DNA of 41,227 bases, from contig JALWZW010000050.1 of assembly GCA_026992595.1 (NCBI GenBank), positions 1-41,227 on the forward strand, given 5' to 3'. A program made the translations under genes and the position numbers. This document shows, piece after piece, positions 27,576-36,801 of the stretch. A model generated the notes under the pieces. That model was given only the letters and a program-made list of their open reading frames with translations. It was not told the origin of the DNA and made no database searches. Source of the stretch: Candidatus Micrarchaeota archaeon (GTDB lineage Archaea; Micrarchaeota; Micrarchaeia; Anstonellales; Bilamarchaeaceae). Position 1 is the stretch's first letter; each line of letters begins with the position of its first letter.

Positions 27576-28505
27576 TTGGTGTGTGTGGTGGATATTAGAA
27601 GACCGAGAAGAGGTTCAATGGCGTTTAGGCCAAGAAAGAGGGCTGAACATCAGCGCATAAATTGGGTCCCTCATCCTGAAAAAAGAGTGTTGGGATTTGC
27701 TGGTTATAAAGTAGGGATGGTTCAACTTGCTTACATAGATGATAGCAACAGCCCCACTAAGGGACAGGAAGTGGTAGGCGCAGGCACTGTGGTAGAGGTC
27801 CCTCCTTTAACAGTGTATGGAATGCGCCTTTATGCAGGTAAGCGCTCTATAGGGGATGTTCTTACAGAGGATGAAAATATTCTTAAAATGCTTGGCGGCA
27901 AGCATAAGGCGGGCTGTGAGGGAAAGGCAGAAGATGTGCGCCTTCTCGCTTTTACCGCCCCCTCTAAAACAACTATAGGTAAAAAGCATATTGAGCGTTT
28001 AGAGATTGGGTGCGGTGGGGGAAGCGTGGATGAGAAATTAGAGTTGGCGCGCTCCCTTTTAGGAAAGCAATTGCGCTTTTCTGATGTGTTTAAGTCGGGC
28101 GAATATGTGGATGTGGTGAGTATCACTAAAGGAAAAGGTTGGCAGGGCGCAGTTAAAAGGTTTGGTGTAAAAAAGCAACGGAGAAAGGCAACAGGTAGAG
28201 TGAGGCATGTTGGTACTTTAGGTCCTTTCCACCCTCCTTATGTGATGTACACCGTTCCTCAAGCAGGGCAGATGGGCTACCATAAGCGTACAGAATTGAA
28301 TAAAAGAATAATGCTCATGGGTGATGACCCTTCTAAAATAAACAGGCCGGGCGGCTTTGCGCACTATGGAGTGGTGAAAAATGATTATGTGGTGCTTAAG
28401 GGCTCCATTCCTGGCCCTGCCAAGCGGCTTGTTAAAATGCGCCTTGCGGTGAGGCCGCCCACTAAAGATGTGAAAGAGGTTAAGGTGAATGAGGTGATCT
28501 TGTGA
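27576..28505 (+). CDS. rpl3: 50S ribosomal protein uL3
   Basis: RPRRGSMAFRPRKRA, FAGYKVGM, TKGKGWQGAVKRFG and GQMGYHKRTELNKRI. The true start may be GTG 27585 or 27588. Confidence 0.97.
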   Translation: MVCVVDIRRPRRGSMAFRPRKRAEHQRINWVPHPEKRVLGFAGYKVGMVQLAYIDDSNSPTKGQEVVGAGTVVEVPPLTVYGMRLYAGKRSIGDVLTEDENILKMLGGKHKAGCEGKAEDVRLLAFTAPSKTTIGKKHIERLEIGCGGGSVDEKLELARSLLGKQLRFSDVFKSGEYVDVVSITKGKGWQGAVKRFGVKKQRRKATGRVRHVGTLGPFHPPYVMYTVPQAGQMGYHKRTELNKRIMLMGDDPSKINRPGGFAHYGVVKNDYVVLKGSIPGPAKRLVKMRLAVRPPTKDVKEVKVNEVIL

Positions 28506-29248
28506 AAGTGCCTTTATATTCTTTAGAGGGAAAAGAGATTGACCAAATAGCGCTTCCCGCCCTATTCCAAACTCCTTTGCGTCCTGATTTGATAAGAAGG
28601 GCGGTGCTAAGCGAAGAAAGTTATGAAAAGCAGCCAAAAGGCAATTATAGATATGCAGGTTTAGAAACCTCTGCTAAATACCGCGGTAGAAAGGACACTT
28701 ACGCAACCATTAAAAATAGAGGTATTCCTCACCTTCCGCATGAGGTGCTTCCTAAAGGGCGCTTTGGTAAAGTTAAAAGGGTGCCTCATGCGGTGAAAGG
28801 AAGACGCGCCCATCCCCCTAAAGTGAATAAAAAGATTCACGAAGAGATTAATAGAAAGGAGTATCGCTTGGCGCTTGCCTCTGCCCTTTCTTACACCGCT
28901 CACAGCGAACAGGTCTCTTCGCGCATGGGTGTAAAATATGAAAAAGCGCTACCCATTGTGGTGGAAGATAAAATAGAAAAACTCTCAAAAACAAAGGAGG
29001 CGGTGGCGCTTTTTAAGGCGTTGGGCTTGGAGCAGTTGTTGGCAAAGGCAAAGGAAAAAGGGTCAAAAGCGCCTTTGATAGTTCTTAAGGAAGGCAACAA
29101 AAAATTTGCACAAAACCTCCCGGGCGTGGATGTGGTTCATGTAGATGAACTTCTTGTAAAGCATTTAGCGCCCGGCACCCATCCAGGGCGTTTAACTGTT
29201 TTTTCTGCTTCTGCGATTAAAGAGATAGAAAGGAGGTTTAAAGAATGA
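28502..29248 (+). CDS. rpl4: 50S ribosomal protein uL4
   Basis: RPDLIRRAV, VPHAVKGRRAHPPK, NLPGVDV and LAPGTHPGRLTVF. Confidence 0.96.
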   Translation: MKVPLYSLEGKEIDQIALPALFQTPLRPDLIRRAVLSEESYEKQPKGNYRYAGLETSAKYRGRKDTYATIKNRGIPHLPHEVLPKGRFGKVKRVPHAVKGRRAHPPKVNKKIHEEINRKEYRLALASALSYTAHSEQVSSRMGVKYEKALPIVVEDKIEKLSKTKEAVALFKALGLEQLLAKAKEKGSKAPLIVLKEGNKKFAQNLPGVDVVHVDELLVKHLAPGTHPGRLTVFSASAIKEIERRFKE

Positions 29249-29496
29249 TTATAATAGAACCTGTTAAAACAGAAAAGGCGATAAAGCAAATTGAGGAGCA
29301 AAACACCCTTACTTTCATAGTGTCTGACAGAGCTACTAAGAAGGAGATAAAGGAAGAAGTGGAGCGTTTGTTTGGCGTAAAAGTAAAAAATGTGCGCACG
29401 CAAATAACTTCTAAAGGCAAAAAGAGGGCTTTTGTGCGCTTGGAGAAGGAGCATAAGGCAGAAGATGTGGCCCTTAAGCTTAAGATGATTGGTTGA
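29245..29496 (+). CDS. rpl23: 50S ribosomal protein uL23
   Basis: TEKAIKQIEEQNTLTFIV...ATKKEIKEEVERLFGVKV...GKKRAFVRL. Confidence 0.96.
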   Translation: MIIIEPVKTEKAIKQIEEQNTLTFIVSDRATKKEIKEEVERLFGVKVKNVRTQITSKGKKRAFVRLEKEHKAEDVALKLKMIG

Positions 29497-29508
29497 TGGT
29501 GGTATGTT

Positions 29509-30258
29509 ATGGGTAAAAGATTAAAGCAGCAAAGGAGAGGGAAGGGAACTCCCCGCTACCGTGCCCCTAGCCACAGGTATAAAGCTGATTTAAGGTTTAG
29601 AACTTATGATGATGTGGAAAAGACAGGGATGCTGAGGGCTAAAGTGCTGAGATTTGTGGATGACCCTGCAAGGACCGCGCTTTTAATGGAAGTGCAGTAT
29701 GATAATGGGGAGAAAGGATTTTTGCTTGCCCCTGAAGGCATCGCGATAGGGGATGAATTTGATGTGGGGGCGCAGGGAAAAATAAGGTTGGGAAGCGTCC
29801 TTCCCCTTTATTCCATTCCTGAAGGATTTTATGTGTATAACATTGAGAAGGAGCCGGGAGATGGCGGCAAGTTTGTAAGAAGTTCTGGCTCTTTCGGCAT
29901 TCTTATTTCAAAAGAGGAGGGAAAGGCATACATCCAGTTGCCCAGCAAGAGAAAGATTGTGGTTTCTACAGAATGCAGGGCGCAGATTGGCGTGGTCGCT
30001 GGTGCAGGAAGGGTAGAGCCACCGCTTTTAAAGGCAGGGAATAATTATTATAAAAAGAAGGCACAAAATAAATTGTGGCCTGTTGTGAGAGGTGTCCATC
30101 AGGCCGCTTACAATCACCCTCATGGTGGTAAGCAGCACCATGCAGGTAAGCCCACCACAGTGGCGCGCGGAACTCCGCCCGGCGCAAAAGTTGGTCATAT
30201 TGCTGCTAGGAGAACTGGTAGGAGAAAAGGTAAAAAAAGCAAGGGTGAATCTGCATGA
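29509..30258 (+). CDS. rpl2: 50S ribosomal protein uL2
   Basis: MGKRLKQQRRGKG, DPARTA, PGDGGKFVRSSG, WPVVRGV, HPHGG and GAKVGHIAARRTG. Confidence 0.97.
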   Translation: MGKRLKQQRRGKGTPRYRAPSHRYKADLRFRTYDDVEKTGMLRAKVLRFVDDPARTALLMEVQYDNGEKGFLLAPEGIAIGDEFDVGAQGKIRLGSVLPLYSIPEGFYVYNIEKEPGDGGKFVRSSGSFGILISKEEGKAYIQLPSKRKIVVSTECRAQIGVVAGAGRVEPPLLKAGNNYYKKKAQNKLWPVVRGVHQAAYNHPHGGKQHHAGKPTTVARGTPPGAKVGHIAARRTGRRKGKKSKGESA

Positions 30259-30662
30259 TTAAGAAAGATGTGTGGAGAGGTATTCCAGAGGAAAAAATCT
30301 CTTCTTTAAGCATTGAGGAGTTTGTTAAATTAATTCCTGCAAGAGAGAGGAGAACGGTTTTAAGGGCCGTAAGCGGTAAGAATAAGCGGTTTAAGCAGTT
30401 GATAGATAAGGTGAGGAAATTGAAGGCACAGGGAAAGGCAAACAAAGTGATAAGAACCCATGTGCGCTCTGCAGTCATTCTTCCTGAATGGTTAGGATTG
30501 ACTTTTGGAGTACACAATGGCAAAGAGTTTAAAAAGGTGGAGATCACCCTTCACCGCATAGGAAAGAGGTTAGGCGACTTCTCACACACCACAGGTAGGG
30601 TGGTCCATTCAGGGCCTGGTGTAGGTGCTACTAGAGGTTCTAAATTTGTGCCCCTGAAGTGA
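30255..30662 (+). CDS. rps19: 30S ribosomal protein uS19
   Basis: IRTHVRSAVILPEWLG...VHNGKEF...LGDFSHT...HSGPGVGATRGSKFVPLK. Confidence 0.97.
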   Translation: MIKKDVWRGIPEEKISSLSIEEFVKLIPARERRTVLRAVSGKNKRFKQLIDKVRKLKAQGKANKVIRTHVRSAVILPEWLGLTFGVHNGKEFKKVEITLHRIGKRLGDFSHTTGRVVHSGPGVGATRGSKFVPLK

Positions 30663-30666
30663 TAGT

Positions 30667-31131
30667 ATGAAAGGATACACACACGCGCCTGATGAAAAAT
30701 GCGCTTATGCAAGGTTGGAAGGAGTGAATGCCTCTTACAAAGACCTTTCCGAGGTATGCGGAGTGATTAGACGCAAAAGAGTGGAATGGGCAGTTTCCTT
30801 TTTGCAAAAGGCGGCTGCGGGCGAGGTGCCTGTAAGGTACAGGCGCCACAACAAAAAACTTGCTCACAGAAGAGAATTGGGAGGTAAAAAGGGAAGGTAC
30901 CCCAAGAAAGCCGCTAAAATAGTGCTCAAAGTGCTGAAGAGCGCTTTGGCTAATGGGATAAATAAAGGTTTAGGTGAAAAATATGTGGTAAGGTCTGCGG
31001 TGGCCAACAAAAAACACATCTACCCGCGCGTGGCGCCTAAGGGCAGATGGGCAAGGTCTTATTTGGAAACCGCGCGCGTGGAAATTGTTTTGGAGGCGGT
31101 TAATGATGATACATCAAGAAAAGTTGATTGA
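30667..31131 (+). CDS. rpl22: 50S ribosomal protein uL22
   Basis: SYKDLSEVCGVIR, VPVRYRRHNKK, GRYPKKAA and PKGR; expected operon position. Confidence 0.95.
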   Translation: MKGYTHAPDEKCAYARLEGVNASYKDLSEVCGVIRRKRVEWAVSFLQKAAAGEVPVRYRRHNKKLAHRRELGGKKGRYPKKAAKIVLKVLKSALANGINKGLGEKYVVRSAVANKKHIYPRVAPKGRWARSYLETARVEIVLEAVNDDTSRKVD

Positions 31132-31930
31132 AGAGCCGTTTGAGAAGTTGCAGATAATGCGCTATTTGGAGCAGCGTTTAGAGAGGGCAGGATTGGCAAG
31201 CGTGGATATTCAAAGAACGCCTATCATGACAAGGATTGCGGTAGAAGTGGTTAATCCCGCAAGGATTATAGGAAAGAAGGGGCGGTTGATAAATGAGCTT
31301 ACAGAGGAAATAAAGCGGAAGTTTAATTTAGACAACCCTCAAATAACGGTTATTCAGATTAAAAACCCTTATTTAGAGCCGCGCATTGTGGCAAAAAAGG
31401 CGGCGCGCTATATAGAGATGGGTAAAAAGGTGCGCGCTGTTCTCCACTCTATGTTGAGGGAGATTATAAAATCAGGTGCGTTGGGCGCGGAAATTGTGGC
31501 TGCAGGAAAGATAGGTGCAAAAGGTGCAAGGGCGAAGAAATTGAGAGTAAGGGCTGGTTATATTCCTAAAGCAGGGGAGCCGGTAAGGGCGGTAAAGGAG
31601 GCCCACATTGCTGCAAACACGCGTTCTGGTGTGATTGGGGTTTTAGTGAGAATTGTGCCGCCGGGTACCGAGTTCCCGGATAAAAAGGTGGAAAAGGAGG
31701 TTGTGCTTCCTAAGGTGATAGAAAGCGCTCCTTCTATTGAAAAGAGGAAAGAGAGCAGGGAGGTGGAAAAAGGAGAAAGCAAGAAAGAGGAAAGCAAAGA
31801 AGTGAAAGAAGGGGGCGAGAAGGGAGAGGAAAAGGGCAAGGGAGAAAAAAAGGAAGCGGAGAGAAAGGAAGGAAGTAGCGAGGGCAAGGAGGAAAAGGAG
31901 GTAGAGCATGGAAGTGGAAAAGGAAATTGA
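31103..31930 (+). CDS. rps3: 30S ribosomal protein uS3 with long E/K-rich C-terminal tail
   Basis: KH domain PARIIGKKG, NPYLEPRIVA, GALGAEIV.AGK and GVIGVLVRIVPP. ATG at 31103 or 31106 after GGAGG. Confidence 0.95.
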   Translation: MMIHQEKLIEEPFEKLQIMRYLEQRLERAGLASVDIQRTPIMTRIAVEVVNPARIIGKKGRLINELTEEIKRKFNLDNPQITVIQIKNPYLEPRIVAKKAARYIEMGKKVRAVLHSMLREIIKSGALGAEIVAAGKIGAKGARAKKLRVRAGYIPKAGEPVRAVKEAHIAANTRSGVIGVLVRIVPPGTEFPDKKVEKEVVLPKVIESAPSIEKRKESREVEKGESKKEESKEVKEGGEKGEEKGKGEKKEAERKEGSSEGKEEKEVEHGSGKGN

Positions 31931-32075
31931 AAAGTTGGAAAGGGCAATATTGGAATTAAGGGCGCAGGGAGAAAAAAGCAAGATAAAACCGCTCAAAAAG
32001 CGCATAGCAGCGCTTAAACTTCAGTTATCGAGCAGCAAGGGAGGGAAAGGGAGCAATGAAAATAAGAGCGGCTAA
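31908..32075 (+). CDS. rpl29: 50S ribosomal protein uL29, short and divergent (not in ORF track; 55 aa)
   Basis: My translation is MEVEKEIEKLERAILELRAQGEKSKIKPLKKRIAALKLQLSSSKGGKGSNENKSG. It has a GGAGGT SD, the canonical position between uS3 and aIF1, and the L..L..LRAQ...I..LKK.IA pattern. Confidence 0.75.
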   Translation: MEVEKEIEKLERAILELRAQGEKSKIKPLKKRIAALKLQLSSSKGGKGSNENKSG

Positions 32076-32115
32076 CCGAAACATTTAAAAATACTCAAAG
32101 CCACTACTTATATAG

Positions 32116-32430
32116 GTGATAGCAGAGATGGAGAAATGTTTGAAATGTGGTTTGGATAAGGACCTTTGCGTTTGTGAAGTGCTTGATAAGGAGGCAGCAA
32201 CTAAAATAAAGGTTTACACCACTAAAAAGAAATTTAGAAAATTGGTTACTATTATAGAAGGGATTGATAAATCTCAATTGGCCAAAACCACTAAAGAGTT
32301 GAAGCAAAAGTTGGCATGCGGCGGCACTGCAAAAGACGGCTTAATAATTTTGCAAGGAGACCACAAGGCAAAGGTTAAAGAAGTGCTTAAAAAGTTTGGC
32401 TATCCTTCTGAAAATATAGAAGTGACTTGA
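32116..32430 (+). CDS. Translation initiation factor aIF1 (SUI1)
   Basis: C..CGL..DLCVC, VTIIEGID, LKQKLACGGTAK and LQGDHK. Confidence 0.95.
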   Translation: MIAEMEKCLKCGLDKDLCVCEVLDKEAATKIKVYTTKKKFRKLVTIIEGIDKSQLAKTTKELKQKLACGGTAKDGLIILQGDHKAKVKEVLKKFGYPSENIEVT

Positions 32431-32714
32431 TGAGAGCAAAACTTCTTCCTTACTCTACTTTTATTGGCTATGAAGTGGAAGTAATAAATGCAACCAACCC
32501 TTCTTTAATAGGGATTAAGGGCAAGGTGGTGGATGAGACAAAAAATCTGCTTATTGTGAAAACTGAAAAAAAAGAGGTGAAGGTCCCTAAAAACAACGCG
32601 GTTTTTAGATTTTATTTAAATAATGAATATGTGGATGTTAGCGGTTGGGCAATCTCTTTCCGTCCCCACGAAAGGCCTAAAAAGGTGAAAGAATGGAGGT
32701 TGTTATCGCCTTAG
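32427..32714 (+). CDS. rnp1: Ribonuclease P protein component 1 (Rpp29/Pop4)
   Basis: FIGYEVEV...NPSLIGIKGKVVDETKN...VPK...FRF...RPHER; canonical position after SUI1. Confidence 0.92.
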   Translation: MMRAKLLPYSTFIGYEVEVINATNPSLIGIKGKVVDETKNLLIVKTEKKEVKVPKNNAVFRFYLNNEYVDVSGWAISFRPHERPKKVKEWRLLSP

Positions 32715-33238
32715 ATGATTATGAAGATATTTTTGATGATTTTGATATAAGGCCTTATGGAACGCGCAACATCTCGGCTGACTTCCTTCATGAGGTGCTT
32801 TCCAGAATAAAAAACATCCCTACACCTTCTAAACTTATTCTAACTCTCCCTAAATATAAACGCGTAAAAAAAGATGAGAAAAAGATTGCGCAAAGGCTAA
32901 AGCTCTTTTTTAAGGAAAGAGCGGCCTTTTTTAAAGAAAGGCGGGAGGCACTTCTTAAAAAGGCCCTTATTTTCATAGTGATAGGGCTTATTTTTTCTTA
33001 TGTGGGATATGTGGTTTATGCAGGTGAGGAGGCGCTCCAATTTGTGGCAGAACTCTTTTTTGTAGGCACCTATTTTTTTGTATGGAATGGTTTTAGTTAT
33101 ATGTTTTTCTCTTCTCGCAGGTTAGAGGAGAAGAACAGGATTTATGCGGCGCTGGAGCAACTGGAGATTGTTTTTGAGAATGAGGAGAAGATAGAGAAGC
33201 ATTTTAACAATAAACATTCGTCTATTGCCAAAAGATAG
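32693..33238 (+). CDS. Hypothetical membrane protein (two TM helices)
   Basis: 181-aa ORF with N-terminal LDDYEDIFDDFD.RP...R.IS.DF motif and two hydrophobic segments. Confidence 0.7.
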   Translation: MEVVIALDDYEDIFDDFDIRPYGTRNISADFLHEVLSRIKNIPTPSKLILTLPKYKRVKKDEKKIAQRLKLFFKERAAFFKERREALLKKALIFIVIGLIFSYVGYVVYAGEEALQFVAELFFVGTYFFVWNGFSYMFFSSRRLEEKNRIYAALEQLEIVFENEEKIEKHFNNKHSSIAKR

Positions 33239-33277
33239 TTCGTCTAATTTAAAAGGATTTGCTTCACAAACACAAAC

Positions 33278-34462
33278 ATGGCTCATCGTGCTATTAGAGA
33301 GTATGATGCAAAAAGATTGCTCTCGCGCTTTTTGGGGTTGGATTATAAAGGTGTTTTGATAAAAGGTTGCGATTTTGCGCCTGCCCAATCTTTGCCTTGG
33401 ATAGAGGAGCAAAAGTTGGTTGTAAAAGTGGATCAATTATTTGGCAAGCGCGCTGAATATGGCTTGGTGGGTTTGAACCTTAGTTGGGAGGAGGTTAAGG
33501 AGTGGATAAGGGAGCATTGCGGAAAGGAGGTCTGCATAGGGAGGAAGAAAGGGCGCTTAGAGTATTTTTTGGTAGAGCCCTTTATAGCGCATGAAGAGGA
33601 GCATTATTTGTGCATCCGTTCTACGCGTAATGGCGAGGAGATATTGTACAGCAATAAGGGCGGCACCGGGATTGAGGAGCGCTGGGACGCTGTTAAGAAG
33701 GTGGAGGTGGGGGTTGATGAAGGCGAAGTAAATTTAGGCAATCCTGCCCTTAACACTTACCTTTCCCGTTTATTAACCGCTTTTAGGGAGTTGGATTTTG
33801 CTTCTTTAGAAATCAACCCCTTGGCGCTTCCCGGCTTCTATATGCTGGATGCGGTGGCAGAGGTAGATGATTATGCGCATTTTAAGAATATGAAAGCGTG
33901 GGATTTTGAGTTCCCGCCTCCTTTTGGCAAACATGCATCGCCTGAGGAGCGGAAGGTAGAGGAGTTAGATAAGCGCAGCGGCGCTTCCATGAAGCTTTCT
34001 GTTCTTAATGAAAAAGGCAAGATATGGCTTCTTACTGCTGGAGGAGGAGCAAGCATTGTTTATGCAGATAGCATTAAGGAGTTAGGTTTGGGGGAGCAGT
34101 TGGCGAATTATGGAGAGTACAGCGGCAATCCAAGCGCCCAAGAGATGGAAGAATATTCTTCCACCATTTTCTCTTTAATGGAAAAACACCCTTTCCCTAA
34201 ATATCTTATCATAGGTGGCGCTATCGCTAATTTTACTGATGTGGCCGCTACTTTCAAAGGGGTGGTGGAAGCGATAAGAAAGCACGCCCCTTTCTTCAAA
34301 AAATGGGTTACCGTTATTGTGAGGCGCGGGGGCATCAACGCTGAAAAAGGGCTCGCTTATATAAAATCAGAATTGGACGCGATGGGGATAAAGAATTATG
34401 TTTATTCAGAAGAAAAGGAGATTACCTATCCTGCAAAATTGATAAAGCAGTTGGAGGGTTAG
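33278..34462 (+). CDS. aclB: ATP-citrate lyase, ATP-grasp/citrate-binding subunit
   Basis: AIREYDAK, LVVKVDQLFGKR, LEINP, FPPPFG, LTAGGGASIVYAD, ANYGEYSGNP, IGGAIANFTDVAATFKG and VRRGG. Confidence 0.93.
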   Translation: MAHRAIREYDAKRLLSRFLGLDYKGVLIKGCDFAPAQSLPWIEEQKLVVKVDQLFGKRAEYGLVGLNLSWEEVKEWIREHCGKEVCIGRKKGRLEYFLVEPFIAHEEEHYLCIRSTRNGEEILYSNKGGTGIEERWDAVKKVEVGVDEGEVNLGNPALNTYLSRLLTAFRELDFASLEINPLALPGFYMLDAVAEVDDYAHFKNMKAWDFEFPPPFGKHASPEERKVEELDKRSGASMKLSVLNEKGKIWLLTAGGGASIVYADSIKELGLGEQLANYGEYSGNPSAQEMEEYSSTIFSLMEKHPFPKYLIIGGAIANFTDVAATFKGVVEAIRKHAPFFKKWVTVIVRRGGINAEKGLAYIKSELDAMGIKNYVYSEEKEITYPAKLIKQLEG

Positions 34463-34463
34463 G

Positions 34464-36206
34464 ATGAAGGCAGTGGTGGTAAACCCCAAGGAAAGGTTTG
34501 TGCAAAGCATATTAGATTTTGACTTTCTCTGTTTTAAGGAACCTAGCACAACTGCTTGCGTTTCCTCCTCTCCCTTCCGCGCCTTTTATGGAAACAGGGA
34601 GGTTATCATTCCTTCTTACAGCAGTGTAAGCGATGTGGAAGGCGAAGTGGAGGTGGTGATAAATCTTGCTTCTCAACGAAGCGCCGCGCCTATAACTTTA
34701 GAATCTTTGGAGCGCGATGATGTGAAAGTTGTGGTTATGGTTGCTGAAGGGGTGCGGGAGCAGGAGGTTAAAAAAATTATAAAAAAGGCGAAAGAGAAAG
34801 GGAAAACGGTTATAGGGCCTGCTACTGTTGGCTTTTTAAGAGGGGGCGAGTTTAAAGGTGGGCTGGCAGGAGGAGATATAAGCAATGCGATTAAATCGCG
34901 GCTTTACTTAAAGGGAAGTGTAGGTTTGGTCTCCAAATCTGGCGGAATGCTTAATGAGATGATGAGGATAATTAGCAGATGTGCTGATGGCATTTATGAG
35001 GCGGTTGCGGTGGGCGGAGAGGTTTTTCCCGCCTCCACCATGCTGGACCATATTTTGCGCTTTGAAAAGGAGCCGGGCGTGAAAATGATTGTGGCGCTTG
35101 GCGAGATAGGCAAAGGAGATGAATATGAGATAATAAAGGCAAAAGAAAAAGGGCTTATTACCAAACCGCTTATTATGTATGTAACCGGCTCCTCTGCATC
35201 TCTTTTCCCTTGGAATGTTCAGTTCGGGCATGCTGCGGCTAAGGCCTCTTCTGCTAAGGAAAGCGCGGAGGAGAAGAACAGAGCGCTTAGAGAGGCGGGT
35301 ATTATTGTACCTGAAAGTTTTGACCGGTTTGAGGATGTGATAAGAGCAGAGGCGCGTTCTTTAGGCCTCATACCGCTCAATTGCAGCCCCCTTCGCATCC
35401 CGCCGCGAGATGTAAAGGAACTTATAAAGGAAGGGAAGGCGCGCCATAAATCTGCCTTTGTATGTTCTATCGCTTCTAAAGGAAGGCATGTTTATGCAGG
35501 GGTGCCTGCCAGCAAACTGTTTGAAAAGGGCAGTATAGGTGAAGTTATCGGCTTGCTATGGTTTAAAAGAAAGTTGCCTCCCTTCTTTGTAGAGTTTTTA
35601 GAAAAAGTGGTTATTTTACTTGCAGACCATGGCCCTGCAGTTTCAGGCGCGCACAACGCCATTGTAGCATCGCGCGCTGGAAAGGATGTGATTTCCTCCT
35701 TATGCTCAGGGCTGCTTACTATTGGCCCTCGCTTTGGCGGCGCTATAGATGAGGCAATGAGGAATTGGTGGAGTTATGACATGGATGCTTATGAATTTGT
35801 GGAATTTATGAAAAAGCAGGGGAAAAGGATTGCAGGCATAGGTCATAGAGTGAAATCCAAAAACAATCCTGATGAGCGTGTGGAAATGCTTAAGGCATTT
35901 GCAAAATCCCGCTTCTCTTCAACCCGCTTTTTAGAAAAGGCGCTTGCTGTGGAGCGCATAACCACCCAAAAATCAGAAAAACTTATTCTTAATGTGGATG
36001 GCGCTGTTGCAGCGCTTTTGCTTGATGCAATGGAGTCAAGCGGTTTTTCTAAAAAAGAAATTGAGGAGTTTGTGGAATTGGGCATAGGCAATGCGCTTTT
36101 TGCTTTCTCCCGCTCTTTAGGCATTATAGGTCACGCGATAGACCAAAAGCGCCTTAAGCAGCCGCTGTTTAGAGAGGACGAGGATAACATTCTTTATTTA
36201 GAATAA
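34464..36206 (+). CDS. aclA: ATP-citrate lyase, CoA-binding/citryl-CoA lyase subunit
   Basis: IGPATVG, SKSGGMLNE, phospho-His QFGHA, ADHGPAVSGAHN, GLLTIGPRFGGA, GIGHRVKS, LILNVDG and GIIGHAIDQKRL. Confidence 0.94.
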   Translation: MKAVVVNPKERFVQSILDFDFLCFKEPSTTACVSSSPFRAFYGNREVIIPSYSSVSDVEGEVEVVINLASQRSAAPITLESLERDDVKVVVMVAEGVREQEVKKIIKKAKEKGKTVIGPATVGFLRGGEFKGGLAGGDISNAIKSRLYLKGSVGLVSKSGGMLNEMMRIISRCADGIYEAVAVGGEVFPASTMLDHILRFEKEPGVKMIVALGEIGKGDEYEIIKAKEKGLITKPLIMYVTGSSASLFPWNVQFGHAAAKASSAKESAEEKNRALREAGIIVPESFDRFEDVIRAEARSLGLIPLNCSPLRIPPRDVKELIKEGKARHKSAFVCSIASKGRHVYAGVPASKLFEKGSIGEVIGLLWFKRKLPPFFVEFLEKVVILLADHGPAVSGAHNAIVASRAGKDVISSLCSGLLTIGPRFGGAIDEAMRNWWSYDMDAYEFVEFMKKQGKRIAGIGHRVKSKNNPDERVEMLKAFAKSRFSSTRFLEKALAVERITTQKSEKLILNVDGAVAALLLDAMESSGFSKKEIEEFVELGIGNALFAFSRSLGIIGHAIDQKRLKQPLFREDEDNILYLE

Positions 36207-36243
36207 GAGCGCTCCTTTGCTTTGCACCTTTGTTTTTCTTTGT

Positions 36244-36801
36244 TTATCTTTTCATTCTTTTTATTTTATTTAGGATTAAATAGAGGGTGGCTATTGCAAA
36301 GAGCAGCCATACCAGTATATTAGCATAAACCAACCCTAAGCCAAAAACATGGATGGCTATTAACAGAAGCGCTAGGTAAACTAAGTTGTGGAGCCGCTTC
36401 CACCATTTTTTAAGTAAAAGCATAGAAAAGCGGTTTGAGGTGATTGTCATTAAAAGCAGGATTAGGAAGGCGAGGGTGGCGGTGGAGTAATAAGCAAGGT
36501 TGTTGCTCACTGCTGTTAGGAACGCATCTATGTTCCAACTAAAAATGTTGTTTAGCACAAATATCAGATGGAAAAGAACATAGAGGAAGGAATGGATGCC
36601 CACCCACATCCTTTGAGCGCTCAACTTTATAAGTATTGACGCCCTGCTCCATTGCGCTATTCTGGGCAGCGCGGTCACAAAAAGCAACATTGCCCACCCC
36701 AATATTCCAAAGGAGGCAGGGATTAGGAGCGGGTCTGAGATGAAGGGGGAGATGAGGAGAAGGAGGATAAGGGGAAGGAGGAGGTAGTGCGCCTCTTTCA
36801 T
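36244..36801 (-). CDS. Ferric-reductase-like transmembrane heme protein (MsrQ-like)
   Basis: R.WVGI..F.Y...H, MTITSN and WKRLHNLVY...H motifs. Probable ATG at 36801 overlapping the ilvE stop. Confidence 0.8.
   Translation of the reverse strand: MKEAHYLLLPLILLLLISPFISDPLLIPASFGILGWAMLLFVTALPRIAQWSRASILIKLSAQRMWVGIHSFLYVLFHLIFVLNNIFSWNIDAFLTAVSNNLAYYSTATLAFLILLLMTITSNRFSMLLLKKWWKRLHNLVYLALLLIAIHVFGLGLVYANILVWLLFAIATLYLILNKIKRMKR

Noticed and set aside
31558..32005. Antisense Phe/Ser/Leu-rich ORFs (129 and 120 aa)
   Set aside because: They are mirror images of the purine-rich uS3 tail and uL29, with no independent coding evidence.
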